From NCBI RefSeq assembly GCF_001949145.1, contig NW_019091402.1, positions 1,364,001 through 1,426,000 of the forward strand: a DNA stretch of 62,000 bases, read 5' to 3'. The notes beneath the pieces were generated by a model. The model made no database searches and was not told where the DNA came from. It saw only the letters and a list, made by a program, of their open reading frames with translations. Numbering within the stretch: position 1 is the first letter of the stretch; every line of letters starts with the position of its first letter. Below, piece after piece: positions 34,401 to 49,400 of this stretch. This DNA is from Acanthaster planci. Lineage: Eukaryota. The position numbers and the translations under genes were made by a program.

Positions 34401-37400
34401 ATTAGAGTCCAAATTTTTGTCGTTTGAAATTTTTCCGGAGTCCAGAAATCAAAATTTCACATGATGGACCCTACAAACCTACCCGTAATTGTCACAATTA
34501 CGAGATTTTCGAAGATGTGAAAGATTCTGTGAGTACCGGTAGATTGTTGCCACAATTTTTTGCAATTAAAATTTTTTTTAAATCCCTACATCAAAATTTC
34601 TAATCAGTAACCCTAAAAATCTTCTCCGACTTGTAAGAATCACCAAGATTTAAGAAGATTTGGAAGATTCCCCAACTACACGTACATGGACATGAACATG
34701 TTGCTGTCAAAGTTTTTGTTGCAAAAGAAAAACTTACTTCTTAAGTCCCACAAATCAAACTTTCACATCATTAAACCTCCAAAAACTTCCCCTATTTACA
34801 TGTACATGTAACTGACCCAAACCCACCAGATTTGGGGAAAATTTGAAGGGTTAAGAAGAAATGCGCATGATGGACATCCAAGGAATAAGTACTACCTAGA
34901 GTGTGGTGCATCTTTGAAGAAAGTGGAACATTTAGAAGATTAATGCAAGTCTCAAGCAACCACGTCTGACGAGATAAAATGTGCTAACGGAAATTTATGC
35001 CATGCTTTGATATTCAAAAACACACTACAGTACGTGGCACATTATGTCTCCAAATGAAATGTATAAAACAATATATTTGCAGCAAAGGACAATGCTTGGG
35101 CCGAACGCTTTGAAAACCTAGAAGAGGTAGCACTCTTGATAGTGGGTTAAATACAAAAATACAATTCATGTAGCATGTGTCTCATAGGATTGATGAAAGG
35201 GAAAAAAATGGGTAAGCCAATTAATGGGTAATTTTACCAGCAGGTCGTTTTCACAATCGTCAACACCTCCCAGCCAATTTCCATCAGTCCAACAACATCT
35301 AGTTACCCTCTGAAATTGATTTTTTGTTTTCGCTGCAGCTGTTTTTACGGCCTGACGCCTAGGAATCACATTGCCGTAGGGTCAGACAAAACACGGCGCC
35401 GGACGTAAAACGACAACAACGCCAGGCGGAAGAGCCTGGCAAATGGAGGGACGGCAAAAAGCTGTGATACACCTGAGAATTGGGGAGCTGAACATGAAAG
35501 GAGGGGATCAGGAATGTGACATTTACTCGTGCTGTTTGTACAAGGTCCACATTTGACAGCATTACTCCAACATATTCTGATTGCTTTGATATAATGCCTA
35601 GAGTTAATAGCCATTTCCCCTATCAGGGTATGAAGATTTCCTTCTTAATCAAAGTGATGATTTTCCAAAGTAATCTCATCACTTCTTTTATGATGGCGTC
35701 AACATTAGGCATTTTGCTTTGATCTAATCTTTGTATGTAATTGATACCATCGATGAAATCTCAGGAAAATTTCACAGTAAAAAAACACACTAGACAGCAG
35801 AGCTGGGGAACAACTATGGTACTTCTTCTTTGGTGCTGAAGGAGCAGGCAGAGTTTGGGAAGGAATTGAATTTTCTTGGGAAAATTTTACCCAAAGGATT
35901 GCTACTGTATCTCTACGGATCAGAGGAGAAAACTTGTTTTCCAAAGTGGTTTTGACAGGATCTGGGAGATTTCGGGGGAGGGGTGGGAATGGAAACTTAC
36001 ATTTGCCTGCCCACAGTACCAGCTATCAAGATGCGACGAGGATTCCGGGATAATTGGTGGCCGCGACTTGATGGCCGTGGCTTGAACAGTGACCTTTGGC
36101 AAGCTCAACTCTCGGGAATGCTTCAGACTGGTCCTCCTCACATTGTTGTCAATGGCTAGGATTGGGAACACAACAACTACGTCAACAGCCCGATTGAGAA
36201 TACAGCAATATACACAACTAAAGTGAAATCCCATTCAGATTACTACAGTTTGATGAACAACCCAATTGAGAATACAACTGAATAAAAAGTCCAATCGCAA
36301 AATTACAGAACTGAATGAATAGCTCAATGGCCTGATTGAGAATGCAACTTAAATGAACAGATGATTGACACTAAAACAGAATGACCAGCCCAACTGAGAA
36401 TACAACTGAATGACCTGCCCAACTGAGAATACAACTGAATGACCAGCCCAATTCAGAATACACAAAATTGCATAATAGTCCAATAATGACTAAAACAACT
36501 AACTTTTTCACTTCTTAAAGACACAACATCACATTATGGAACTGACAGGCTGACGTACCGTGGTACCATACAGTACGTCACCTTTGCCTTACATTTGGGT
36601 TCGAGTCCCACCCTGACCGAAGCGTGGACTGGGTTTTCACTTCGTGCCCAGTTCTGTGAATTTCCTTGGAACATCATCCCTGGGTTTTCCTCCCTACTCA
36701 AGACCTCCACAATTTCATCCTTGTTTTTCCCCCTCTCTCTCTGGGGTACAGTGGCAATATGCTATTGAAGAAACTCTTGCTTTCATTCCCAAAAGGAACG
36801 ATATAAAAAAAAAAAAAATTGAATTTTCACAACCCGGATATTATATTACATGCTGGTTCATACATGTTCTTTAAGTTATTCTCATAAAGCAATAAATTTA
36901 TTTTAAAAACATGCTGTAAAATTCATGAGTTGAATGTGACTTTTTCAAAAATATTTGAATACTATCTACATCGCAATTTCGTGTTCATGTTTACTTTCAA
37001 GACAAGTACCAACCAGCCTTGACATAGACCCTACATGTACATGTGCACGTGTCTGAATCAGCTTTTTCATAAGAGCTCCACATCCTCTGTGTTTGAAAAA
37101 GTGGGACAAGTTCCATTTCATACATACGTAACAGTCACAACAACAAAAAAAAAATTTAAATCTTAAATTGGACATCTTCATGTCTCCTCCCATTCCCTGT
37201 TGATGACTTACCTTCAATGATCTTGTACTCACTGTCGGGAAGAGAGCCGCGTCTGCCATCGGCACGTGACATCAGCTGTTTGGATTTTACACGGACATCG
37301 CCTGTCAAACGGCAAATGAAAAAAAAAATAATAATAAAAAACCAAATGAGCTGTTACTGTCAGTCCGGGTAATCACTGCTCTGCGGATGCCGTCACCACG

Positions 37401-40400
37401 GCAACCGGGGAATTACTGTCTACCGCGTGGAAATGGGGGAATAATTGGTGGCTTGCCCTGCCAAGGAGCTGGATTTAACCGCTGGAGCCGTGTCTCTCTA
37501 TTGAGGAATTACCTCTAAGTAAACTGCAGAGAAGGTGTTGTAAGCAGGTGCCGTACCTGGATAGAGCAGGGAAGCTAAAATCACATGTAACGGTACATGT
37601 CCGTGTATATGAAAGCCATCCTCGCTACCACTTAAATTTTTCATCACTGAAAGATCCTTGTGGAAGTGTTTGAATGAACTTCCACTCGACCACAGTGCAA
37701 TTTTAAAACTCGATTGACGGTGCATCCACCCTTTAGAACTCATTCTAGAGTTTTAAACAGAGAGGTGCTGGAGCATGTAGTAAAACTCACTCACTTCTGG
37801 GAGAGATGTAACCCCAACTAAGCACAGGTCTTGGGTTCCATCCACTTAGCAATTACATACATGTGCATGTGTGTGGCTACATGTAGCACTGTGCTCCAAT
37901 TTGTAAATTTCTCTCAAATTCTTTTTGCCAGACCAGACTGGTCCCAGACCAGTTGGCAAGTCAAATTACAAATAGCATATTGGCATTCTGTTCTACAGTA
38001 CATGTTGTGTACTCGAATCAATAGCAGATTCAAAGATGGGTACGAGTGGTCAGGTAACCAGTATCCTTCCATCTGATCAATATTAATTGTGCTCAGACCT
38101 AACCCAGTGAGGCTTACTGGTACGTCGGCAAGTCATTTTGATGACCTGAGGGTCTGTTTTTACAGAATCTTGCATCTGTAACCAATCTAAGAACCGCTCA
38201 ACATTTTTCACCCTCATAATCTCCATTTTTGCCGGGCTGCCAAACTGAGTGATGCATCAAAACAGAGAGCACGCAAAGTTTGATCTTTCTACTTCAAACT
38301 TACACAAATTACTGGCAGAAAATGGCCTTTAGACTGACTTGGAAGAAACAGGTCGCAATCAATTGTTATACATTAACTAGCAAATTCCAGAAAAAAAAGA
38401 CAAACAAAAGCCTGTTATTGCTCTAGCAAGGCCTTTGATCTCTGCGCACACTGACTTCAACACCCTAACCACCTCACCCTCCCCTTTAAAATGCATCAGC
38501 CACAGCCCTTGGCTGACTCTCAGATCTGCCATGGAGTACACTTTTTGCCTGCCAAGATAAGAGAAGCTGACCATCTCAGCACAGCATGACACCACACATT
38601 CTCTCTACAATGGCCCCTTGGCTTTGACAAAAAGAGCGCCCTAGGTTAACAAGACCCATAGTTGAATTCTCAGAAGCTACAGGTACTCCACCAATTCCAC
38701 CACCTCCCATGCTAACATTGATTGCCATCGATTGCAAAGATTTCTGGTGTGCGTAGGGTACTTAAGGAAACGCTGCACTCCGTTGAAGAGAGGGGAAGAA
38801 CGTTGAAGGCAAACTTCCCAGAGGCACACGAATATTCATCCCCAGTTGATATCAACTAAGGCATTAGGGCTGTTGGGTATTCGCACACTGAATACCCAAC
38901 CAAAAAATGGCCATTGTCCGGTCCAAAAACTTAAAAAGGTTGGATGGCTTCATGGCAAAATCTGTGCAGATTTTGTCAGGCCCTGTCCACAAGGAAAGCT
39001 CAACTTCTCATCAAATTCAAATAAACTTACAAACGCAAAATCTGTTTTACACATGAATTTATCTGACACACTACCATGAGACTAGTCTCTTATTTCCAAG
39101 GTTACGGTTGCCAATATTTTCATACCGTCGTCTGCTTCTCTTACTGCAGCAGTAAGCTTCCCACATGAAGTGCATGCATGTTACACCTGTACATGTACAG
39201 GAATGTGCCTGAGACAACCTTCACACAGTTGTTTGCACATTTCAAAATTAAAATTCACAACGCCTGACAACTACGGTACACGCACAAGTGACTCCATAGT
39301 TTGACAAGGCTGTTCTTACTGTAGTTATATGTACATGTAACGCTCTCACATGTACATTTACTTCTAAATTCTACATTTGTTCGTGCATTACTTTAACTCT
39401 AACTACATGTACATGTATGCCGCCTGCGGAAAGATTGTACCACAGAGCACCTGCAGGGTTAGGGATAATGAACGTGAATATTCTGATTGGAATGCCATGA
39501 GCTGAAATAATCATCAAAGCCAAGTGGAATTCTACGAAGAGAACGCTCTGAATGTCTTTATATGCATCTGCTTGCTGTTTAAACTGAGGTGAGATGCCCA
39601 ACCTTGAAATACATGGAGTATTTTAGTGGTGGGAAGGGGGATGGTCGGAGGGGTGTTGGCCAATTACAGGCACACGGAACACTGCGTAGACGCCCTGTGC
39701 TCTCGGCAACACCTGCCTTGAGTATGCTCCAGGAACTAACACTTTCCTTGTTTGTTCCCAACCAGGAAAGCTGACAAGTGCAGACGCGCAATTCTGCTGC
39801 TGATTTGCATATCACAATTAGGCGTCCAATAACATACCTCTACATAATTTAATACAACGTAAGTATACATTCAACACCTCTCTGTGCATGTACATGTACA
39901 CGTGTATGGATATACATGTACATGTACTATTGTACTATTACATGTACATTGTACATATGTATAGTACATGTACATGTATAATTAACATGAAAACTTAAAT
40001 TTTCCTATAGACCTACTGGCAAATGAAGACCCATCCAACATGTAATTCCAAAGTGAAACTAAACTAACATTTGCAGCAAATGTTCTTGGGATTAAAACCA
40101 TGAAAGACCAAGGAAGCCTGAAACATTGCACTGTCCACTGCACTGTCTGTTTTCTAGTCTGATGTATGTTCATTGTACAGTGTGTTCAGGTATGCAGCAC
40201 TCACGCAACGCATCAATGGACAGGTACATGTACGGCTTCCCAAAATTTCAATTTCATGTAACCAAATTTAGAATAAGTTATATTCACAAATGCTAGCCAA
40301 AATATTCCTAAAAAGTTACGTATGAAACTTGAATTGTTTCAAATTCCTTTTCAATAATGTGGATGAGGAAAGCAACAATCATGTTACCTGTTTTAAGCAA

Positions 40401-43400
40401 GTCCTGAGAAATTAAGAGAATATTTAAGACAAATCCTGCGACAAGCTGGAAAATACTTTGAAGTCTGCTCATTAATTTATGCTTTCTGACTCCGTGTCCA
40501 ATGTGGACACCTTCTCCTCTTTCCACAGGGTACTATGAGCATGTACATGTAGACTGTGTGCCCAGGTCACAAGCTGGGCTGGGAATCGATTCTGACCGGT
40601 AAAACTAACATGGGTGCCTGCGTTGCCGTGGAAACCTTCCAAGTGAAAAAAATGTGTGGCGATGGTCGGGCAAAGCGGAGCAAATGAGGCAATTAAAGCA
40701 GACACATTCAATGAAGAATTCTGCCTGGAATTCTAGAGCAATCGGAAGTTGGCGTTATCACGTGCATAAACTGTATGTATGGGAAGCATTCCCTATGGTG
40801 GGTGGTGCATCGAGAAAAACACCCTTAGCAGCAAAAACCAGCGGCACACTGAACAGTGTGTGTACGTGTGCCGTGTTCTGTACGCTTGTGAAGCTCGTGA
40901 GATTTTCTCATTTGACAAAAAAAAAGTCTTACTCATGCCTTTTATAATCTTACCTTGTACAGCGCTTCACACGGTACAAGGAATTTAGTGCTTAATAATT
41001 CAATGAATGTTAGAATTTACAACTGATCGAGGTACATGTACATGTATGCCAGGAAAAACCTGCCTGGATACGAGTAGGACATCAAAGCCTACAAATCAGA
41101 AGGACAACGACCACACAGATATTTTTCCCCAAGACAAGTGAGCATGAAGCATCCATTGATTCAAGAAATCCAGTCGTATCGGTGGCATGTTCTGTGCCAG
41201 TAAATTCTACCGAAACTCAAACATTCCACCACAGGGGCTTTGGTCCATTTTGTTTACACTTAGATGTAGTTTCGCACTACGCAGTGTACATGTACATTGT
41301 ACTAGCACACTGTCTTTACAATGCGTGCACTCTCTTAGAAACGGAACCACGCTGCTGGCATTATGCGGACTGGAAAAGCTTTACCGAGAGGTGCTTCTAA
41401 GGCGCATGCCTGTGTGTAAATATTGCATTCTGAAGGACCTGAAGTGATGCAGCGTGTTTATTGCGTACAGAGAGATCACAAGATGATCCAACTGATGGAC
41501 AAAGGGCGACCAAGCCAGTGGTTCTATCTTGCTATTCAGTGATGGTCCTCTGCCCCATGAGCTACATGTATAAATACGGCTTTAACGGGTCACCATGTCT
41601 AATCGATTTTGATGTTTGCTCAGTTATTCCTGGCCGGGTTGGCAAGGCTCATTGTTAACAGTTGGGCTTATTTTTCGAAAAGGATAACAACTGTACCATT
41701 TGCTCTTCTAATTTGTAACCACTGGCTATGGGCTTTGGAGTGCCCCATGCTGTCAATGTTTGCACAGTGACCCTGCCGATAATCCGCGACCTGACTCTTC
41801 ATCTGTTATCCCGCAGGCCCACAATGGCCCACGCTGACCAATTCACGATTTGCCGGTCCACAATCTTACTCAGATGAGAGCGCTTGGCAGCCTTGGCAAG
41901 TGAGGGTCGGTGAAACTTGAGCAGAGTCACCAGTTCTGAACCGTGCAGTTCATTTTAATGCAGAATTATTGTCAAGCATTACCGGGTACTCTGTCAATGC
42001 CAAAACCGCAAATGACATCTGTCCATGTTAGAAGACCAAAATCAACTGGGCCTTTGAATCTTTAATGACTTTTCAAATAAAATTGAGACAGAAGTACTTG
42101 TAAAGTACACAAAAAGCATTTACCAAGTACTTTATAAAAGCTTCTGCCCTGAGAGTTTAAGGTCATACAATATTTTGATTGTCCAAAGCTTTACCTTTTT
42201 TTGGTTACGTATTTACCATCCAATAGAGGCTTTGTGCGGTAGCCATCTAGCAGGGCAGTTCTTCTGTTCCACAGGGAAACCTCCTTTGTGCATACCCTGT
42301 GGAACAAAAGCACTGACCTGCAAGATGGCAGCCATGCAAACCCTCTACATGGGGCATTATGGAGCCTTCTGACATACCATCTTAGTGTCTGGCAGTGAAC
42401 TTTGTACCCACACAGTAAGTTGACTACAACTTGGCTTGTACAAGTACACCTAATTAAGTCATTTGGATGAAACAAGTGCCCTACCATGCAATGAAGAGGA
42501 GGAACCACTTTTCAAAATGGAAACGGGCTTCTAGGCTATGCGAAGTCACAAAAAATTCACTTCTGAAAGAAAAAAAAAAAACTAGTTCCCTGCTAATCCA
42601 AGAACAGAGTTGCAGTTCCAGATTTCGCAATGACTGCAGCGGAAGTGAGATTGGAAGAAAATTCAACATCTGCAAAGTCATCACCACAGGTGATGACTAC
42701 TGTGCAACACATACATTTGTGTTTGCCCCATAAGGTACCCCTTAAAATACCCATCTACAACTGTAAAAAGTCCACAGGGGCAAACGTAGGACATTCCTAC
42801 GTTTGAAAAGAGACTGCTTGAAAAATACCAATGAGCAAATTCCTGATGAAAAAATTCTGAAATCAGCAAAAATCCTGACAAATTTGTTTTCTTGTCTGTA
42901 ATATATTGTATGCATTATTCTGAAAAATGAAATAAATGAAATGAAATGAAAAAGGATCACAATACCATCAGTCCATAATTTGTACAGGTGTATACCAGTA
43001 CATGTATGTGTACATGTGCTGGTTCACGTACACAGACAGGAACAGTACATTGGTATGTACATAAAACATGTTCATTGCCAAATCTGACGTTTCTTTATAC
43101 ATGTCCATGTACATATACCTGTGCAGGCTTTCAATATAAGAAGTATCCATGTTCTATAAAACCATTCAAGTTGACACAACATTAATGCTTCATTTTTCGC
43201 CATTTACATTATACAGGTGTATATTGGAGAAGATCACATGGCAATGATAACATACATGTACATGTACACCTGTATGTGTAGGGCTGTACAGTGAGCATAT
43301 TGCTTCATGTCCCAGGTGTACATGTAACTTCACCAGTACGTATACATGCTTTCCTTATCTTTGTTGTCACTCATCAACACGTATTTCCCTCACCCCACAA

Positions 43401-46400
43401 GACGGTGTTTTGACGACACATCCACAGAAACATTTGAAATATTTGTTGTTTCCAAATGTTGCCGGCGCAAACGTGCCACGAGTGACATTCTTGTGATGTC
43501 AACCAAGCTGGCATGATGCGCCGGCCGCTCCAATGTGGACCACATGTCCGTGCAGAACAACAGAACTTCCACGCAGCATCCAACCAGCCGGGGCGGCGAG
43601 GGTTCGTTAAACCAATCCCGGCCGGCAGATCCCCAGCAATTATGCCATATTGGACACGATGCGGACAGCAGGTCCACGCCCCCCCTCCCATCCGACAAAA
43701 GGCAAAGCGCTTATCCAAACGAACTCGAGAAGATCGGGCAAGCCGACGTGAGATGTTGGCAAACATTCCCTGGGAATTCTTGGCTGATTTTTTTTTTCAT
43801 CTGGGCGTGATGCGTTTGGCTAAGGCAAAAAGGACCCTGTTCTGGCCTTTCTATATATACAATCTTCACTCCAGTTGAGGTAGGGGCCCATTATGGTCAC
43901 ATCTCAGGGAATCCAACAGGAATGCCCTCCACGAGATCATTCAAGATGATGATAAATGTATCTTTCCAATGACACTTTTCTTCCCCTTGAAGGTCACCGG
44001 TGAAGCATGACCTCATTCTGAATAATGTGTTTAAGGTTGAGGGCAATTCCTCACAAATATGAAAATTTGGTCATGCTGTAATCATAGCTGTTACTAACCT
44101 CATTACTGATCCTAATTCAAAAATGAAATAATTTTGGATCTTTCAATTACTAAAAAAACTTTCCCATCTTTACATGCACAAACTGAATATGTGTGATGGT
44201 TATTTATTCAAATAAATAGAATAAACATAAATTATGTACATGTACATAACATGTACATGTAATAACTGCCTAACTGAAAAGGTGTTTTTCTCGAAAACGG
44301 TGATTTTTCATATGAATCCGTCCATTTGTCAGATATGTGACGACGTGTACATGTACAGTGTACTGTGCATGTACATTAACATGTAGCTTTCATTGTGATC
44401 GCCGTAGAAATCTTGGACATACACTTGTGGATACAGGCCATGAATTCTGTTCTTCAAAATATGGAACTAGCTGTGCGAACATACATGTACAATATACATG
44501 TACACACGGCATGCAGTACAGTCGAACTGCACTGCAGCTGTACACCGGAACAGGTCAAGTCCAGAAAACACCGGCCCCTTATCAATGGCCTATTTAATTA
44601 CCCAACATTGCTTGCGCACTTTAATAAGTAATTTCTGAACTTTACTTGCGGAACGTAACAACGTTCAAGTTTGCCCAATGATACGGTAACTGTGCTGTAG
44701 GTGCAAAGTTTAAATAATTGCATAAATCATCCTGGAATACAATGCATAAAGGCATTGCTTGCACTATTCCTGTTTTAACATTGCCTTGGTAAAATGTGTG
44801 CAACCTCAAATGTGACAGTCAGAACTGATGTTGGCTTTAAAAAATAAAAGGCTTAAGAATACAAGTTCAATTAATGTACTGGGCAGTATATGAACGAGAC
44901 ATTTATTTCCACATGTGTATGGTGCATGTTCATGCATCTTGCAACAACAAAACTTTGAATGTAGATTGCAGCACTACTTGACAAGATAACTATAAAAGCA
45001 AGAACAAACAAGTGTAGAGAGGTCACTTCTTCAAAGGCAAAGCAGGCTGTGGTGAAGCGAAGTAACTCTGTTTGGAAAAACTATCAATAATTTTATACTC
45101 GACAAGAAGTGACAAGTGGTACGGGCTGCTGAAACGTTAAGCTTTGTTCTGCATAAATCTACATAACAGGAGCCCAAAGGAGTCTACGGGACAGTCAGAC
45201 AGAAACCAAGGCACCAAAACGGGATAAAACTCAGGCCCCACCCCAGCCCACCCCCACCCCGATAAAACACTGCCACGACAAGTGACAAGCTCGCAGGGAA
45301 AGTCAACTCAGGATTGTAAAGTTTCAATTGAAGATGGGAACATGTTCCCATCGTCAAGACAATCCGCTACTCCTATCCACCTTACATCAAGTAGAAATTC
45401 CCTCTTCAAGGTTGCTCTGTAAAAGAAGAGTCCTGGTATTCGGTCCCTGAACTTTTGCGGGCGGTGCACATTTCTGGTAACTCCAGGCCATTCAGTGTGC
45501 CAAAGCTTTTACCTCAAACATGTATTTTTTACCGAATGACAATTTCTCAGCAAAGAAGAACACTTACCAAACACTGTCATATTCGGCTGTCCAGTTGGAA
45601 TGCACACACATAAATGTATCATGACGGTAACTGGGAATGCTGAGCACTGGGAATGCCACATGTAGCCCACTCCGCTCTCACCCACTGCCCAGGGAACACT
45701 GCCCGGGTGCAATGCCAAAGCAACTCAGGCGGTAGTGGGTGCTTTTTTCCGTTCATCTCCCATTCACTGATGATTTGACCTTTGCGGGTTCTGCATGGGT
45801 GACCAAAATTCTGAGAAAAACTCGGCTGGGAAACTGTTCAACATCTACGGGGAGTCCCACAGTGTGAAACTCCCTCAGAAATCAGTGCAACACAAGATCG
45901 ATAGCAGATACTATGTGCAGTCCCGGGAAAAAAAGTGTGCGCACTGATACATGTATCTCTATGGCAATACTGTTGACATCACATCAGCAACATTTGTCTA
46001 CTTTGTTGGTACATGTATCATCACAAGGGTAACATCCTGTCCGCTTCTCTTCTGATGCTGGTACAACCCCTTTCTCCACGTTTACAGAAATAGCTGTGTT
46101 TCTGTCCAAGCAGCAGTCTGACTTTCTGAGAAGCTGCACCAGAAACAACTTACAGTCACCACCCACACATATGGCAGAGTACACCGCTGCCGAATGAGTT
46201 ACTGTCTGCTTCTCCGAACTCTTTGGTTGTGTTGGCCCAAACAGGAACTGCCAAGTTATACAGTCCTTGCTCCCTGACAGTTCAGGTAACGGAACGGTAT
46301 CCCTCCTTCAAAGAAAAATACACGTCAACTACTGTTTTCCCTGTTTTTCTGAAAGAAAGAAGTTTCCAGTTTATACATGTACACCAGGGAGTACAACAAT

Positions 46401-49400
46401 TGTATCCGACATGGGACACACAACATGGAGCTCATTACTTGGTACGAACTGGTTTTTTTTTCTGAATAAGATTGTTTACCATTAGTGAAAAGAGTGAAAG
46501 TAACTTAGAGGATTAGGCAGAGAATTTCAACTCCCCAAAACAATTGTCCTGAAATGTCAGTGAGTGGAACCACAGACTGTGTACGACATCGCAGCAACAA
46601 AGCAAGTTGGGGCTGATATATGTACACACATGAATGTTACAGAAACAGTGATCAAAAGAAACCAATTCAATACACACAGCCCGGACAGAAAACCACTGAG
46701 ACGTAAAGCCGGGTGGCATCAGTTATGAAGGCTACCTCCGTTAGTTGTGATTCAGATGCACGGCTTTGCTCACTGTTGCATCAAGGCATCTGTATTTCCT
46801 ACTCCAGAATACTGTTTGCAGCTCTTCTATGTACAAATAGATGTACATGCAAATGTAGAATACTCACCACAGTTGCATCTGCTTTTACATGTAGAGCCTT
46901 AGGAACTGAAACAGCAGCAAAACTGACCCACCTTTTGGCAAACACACTGGGCTGAGAGCATCTTTCCAAAATACGAACCTGACAAAAGCCAGAGAGTTGC
47001 ATGCATGGTCCAAAGCTGCCTTTTGTGTTAATAAAAAAAACCCTCCAGTTGTTGCACCCGATAGATCAATGGCTCTTGTTCTTGATTACGTCAGTGGTGT
47101 TATCCAATCCCAGCAGCTATTGTGGCTGTTGTGCGTGTGGGCCTTTTGTCAGCTGTAACGAGAATCCAGGGTAACTGACTGCTGGCTGGACAGAAGCCAA
47201 TGCCTTCAACTGGTGTGGTGTTAGAAATCCCTCTCAAAAACCTCCCCCAACAGACAATTACCACAAAAAACCAGAACCGTCGGAGAAGCTGTCGACGTGG
47301 TGGAAGTTGTACAGGTTCTCTGGAAATGTTGCAAACACGTCACCCCCGAGGATGTTGTTGCGATCACCTGATATGCCGTCTCTTTATCAAGTTTTACTTG
47401 TCATGGTGTACATGTTGACTTCAGACTGGCCTATTGTCGTCAGTAAGCGTGTACCGTACAAATCTGGCTAAAAGACAATCCACCTGTAGTGAACTTGAAC
47501 CTTTGCCCGATCCAGCTCTGGTTGAGTCAATACATGGACATGGGTTTCGGGGGGGGGGGTAGGGGAAGGAGAGGGAATCCACATACAAGCAGATTGCGCA
47601 CAGCTGGTTGACAAAAGTACAGCTTACAGACTTTCCGAGTGATGACGCCATCTGCCACTTCCCACTGAACACGTGGGCCGGATGGACACACGGCACGGGC
47701 GTACATTCGTATCGATCGGACCGGTTGTTTCCTCTAACCCACATGCCAAGTACCGGTATGAATGCTCACGTGTACACATTTTGGCCAAGCTTCAAGCGTG
47801 CTTTGCTTAACATGTTCGTCAAGCTGACCAGACAAGAAACCTGATGTGCCATTTTTCAATGTGCATTCAGCGAGACATGAACTGTACTCAGCAAAAGCCA
47901 ACTCCTCCATTAGGTTAGTCATCGAGTCAAAGAGACAACAATTTTGTCCAAAATGCATCACGGGAAAGACGGGCATCATGGGAAAAAAAGGCTGTCACAC
48001 CACATGAAATGAAACACACTGCAAATTTTTTTTCACACAAAAAAAAATACTGGAAGGTACATTGTACAAGTACATACATGTATGTACTGGTTATGTACAT
48101 GTATCATACAAGTACATGTGCTACATGTACATTTGTAGTTGACTTTTTCTCTGCTAATAACCATTTTCTTATCTCTACAAGACTATCAAATGTACATGTA
48201 CATGTACATGAACAGGTGCGTGTTCTTCTACATGTACATGTACTACCGTACGCACTTGTACATATATGTACATGTACATGTATTTAACCCAAGACGTATT
48301 ACTGGTACAGAATGAAACAATGTCCAGTCAACCCAAATACACCTTGCATACCTGTCCGGAACCATCCACTTTCAGTGTACAGGTGCATGTCCATTCAGAC
48401 ACCTGTGTCTCGTGCCAGATCCTCTAGATACAGAAGGGTGCTGTTCACCTTCCCTCAGTTATGAGAGAGTAAAAAACAAATCAGCATATTACTGTACATG
48501 GACTTGATAAATTTGCTGTCTCAAACCTCTGGTATCCTTTGGACAACGCGGTCATCATTTTTCACAGAAATCCCCAATGTGACAGCTACCAGTAAATAAT
48601 TTTATTGCAACATGAGGGTTTCTTTTGTAAAACATGCACGTGCTATGAACCTTTTCCTTCATCAACCACATCTCCATGGCAACCCATTAAAACAACCAAA
48701 TTAAAAAGCTTCCAATCAAAAACTGACACTTGCACTGTAACCAACACCAGCAGTTGACGTCATTATAATGTCACTGGTTTATGGCTGCAATGTGTCTCAG
48801 GACACCGAAACTAGATTTTCATAGACTGCATGGTTTGAGATGAGACAGGTAGACACAGATGTAACGGTACATGTAGCTACACGTACAAAGCTAAATAAAC
48901 CCTCCTCCTGTTGCATGGATCTTAATACAAGTAGATTTGACACTTCATAAATTCCACAATCAATATGAAAACCACATGTACATGTAAATGTGCGTCATGC
49001 GTCATGCCTCAAACAGGGAATTTTCCTTGAGCTACAAAAGTACATGTAATTCGTATAGTACCCGGTATTTGATGACTATTGTATCCCGTTACACCTGAAT
49101 GGTGTAATTTGATAAACATATCACTAAAATTGATTTCAAACTTTTTCTAGTTTTTTGGGCAGGTACAAGTAATTTGCATTAATCCATCACTCTTGGAAAT
49201 TACAGAATTTGTTTTGAACTTACAAATCCGACGTGCCAGGGACAGGAAAAAAACTGGGCCCCTAATTTTTGGAATTACCCATATCCTATTTTATCTGTAG
49301 TGGCGGTACCTGTACATGGAAGTTATAAGACCTAATCGCTATTGCTATTTCTTCAATGAAGATGTCCCTCTATCACAGAGGTTTCTTTTTAAAATTTGGA

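Noticed and set aside
43374..43878. Overlapping ORFs in a CpG-rich intronic patch
   Set aside because: No homology and no convincing splice sites; explained by local GC content, perhaps regulatory.
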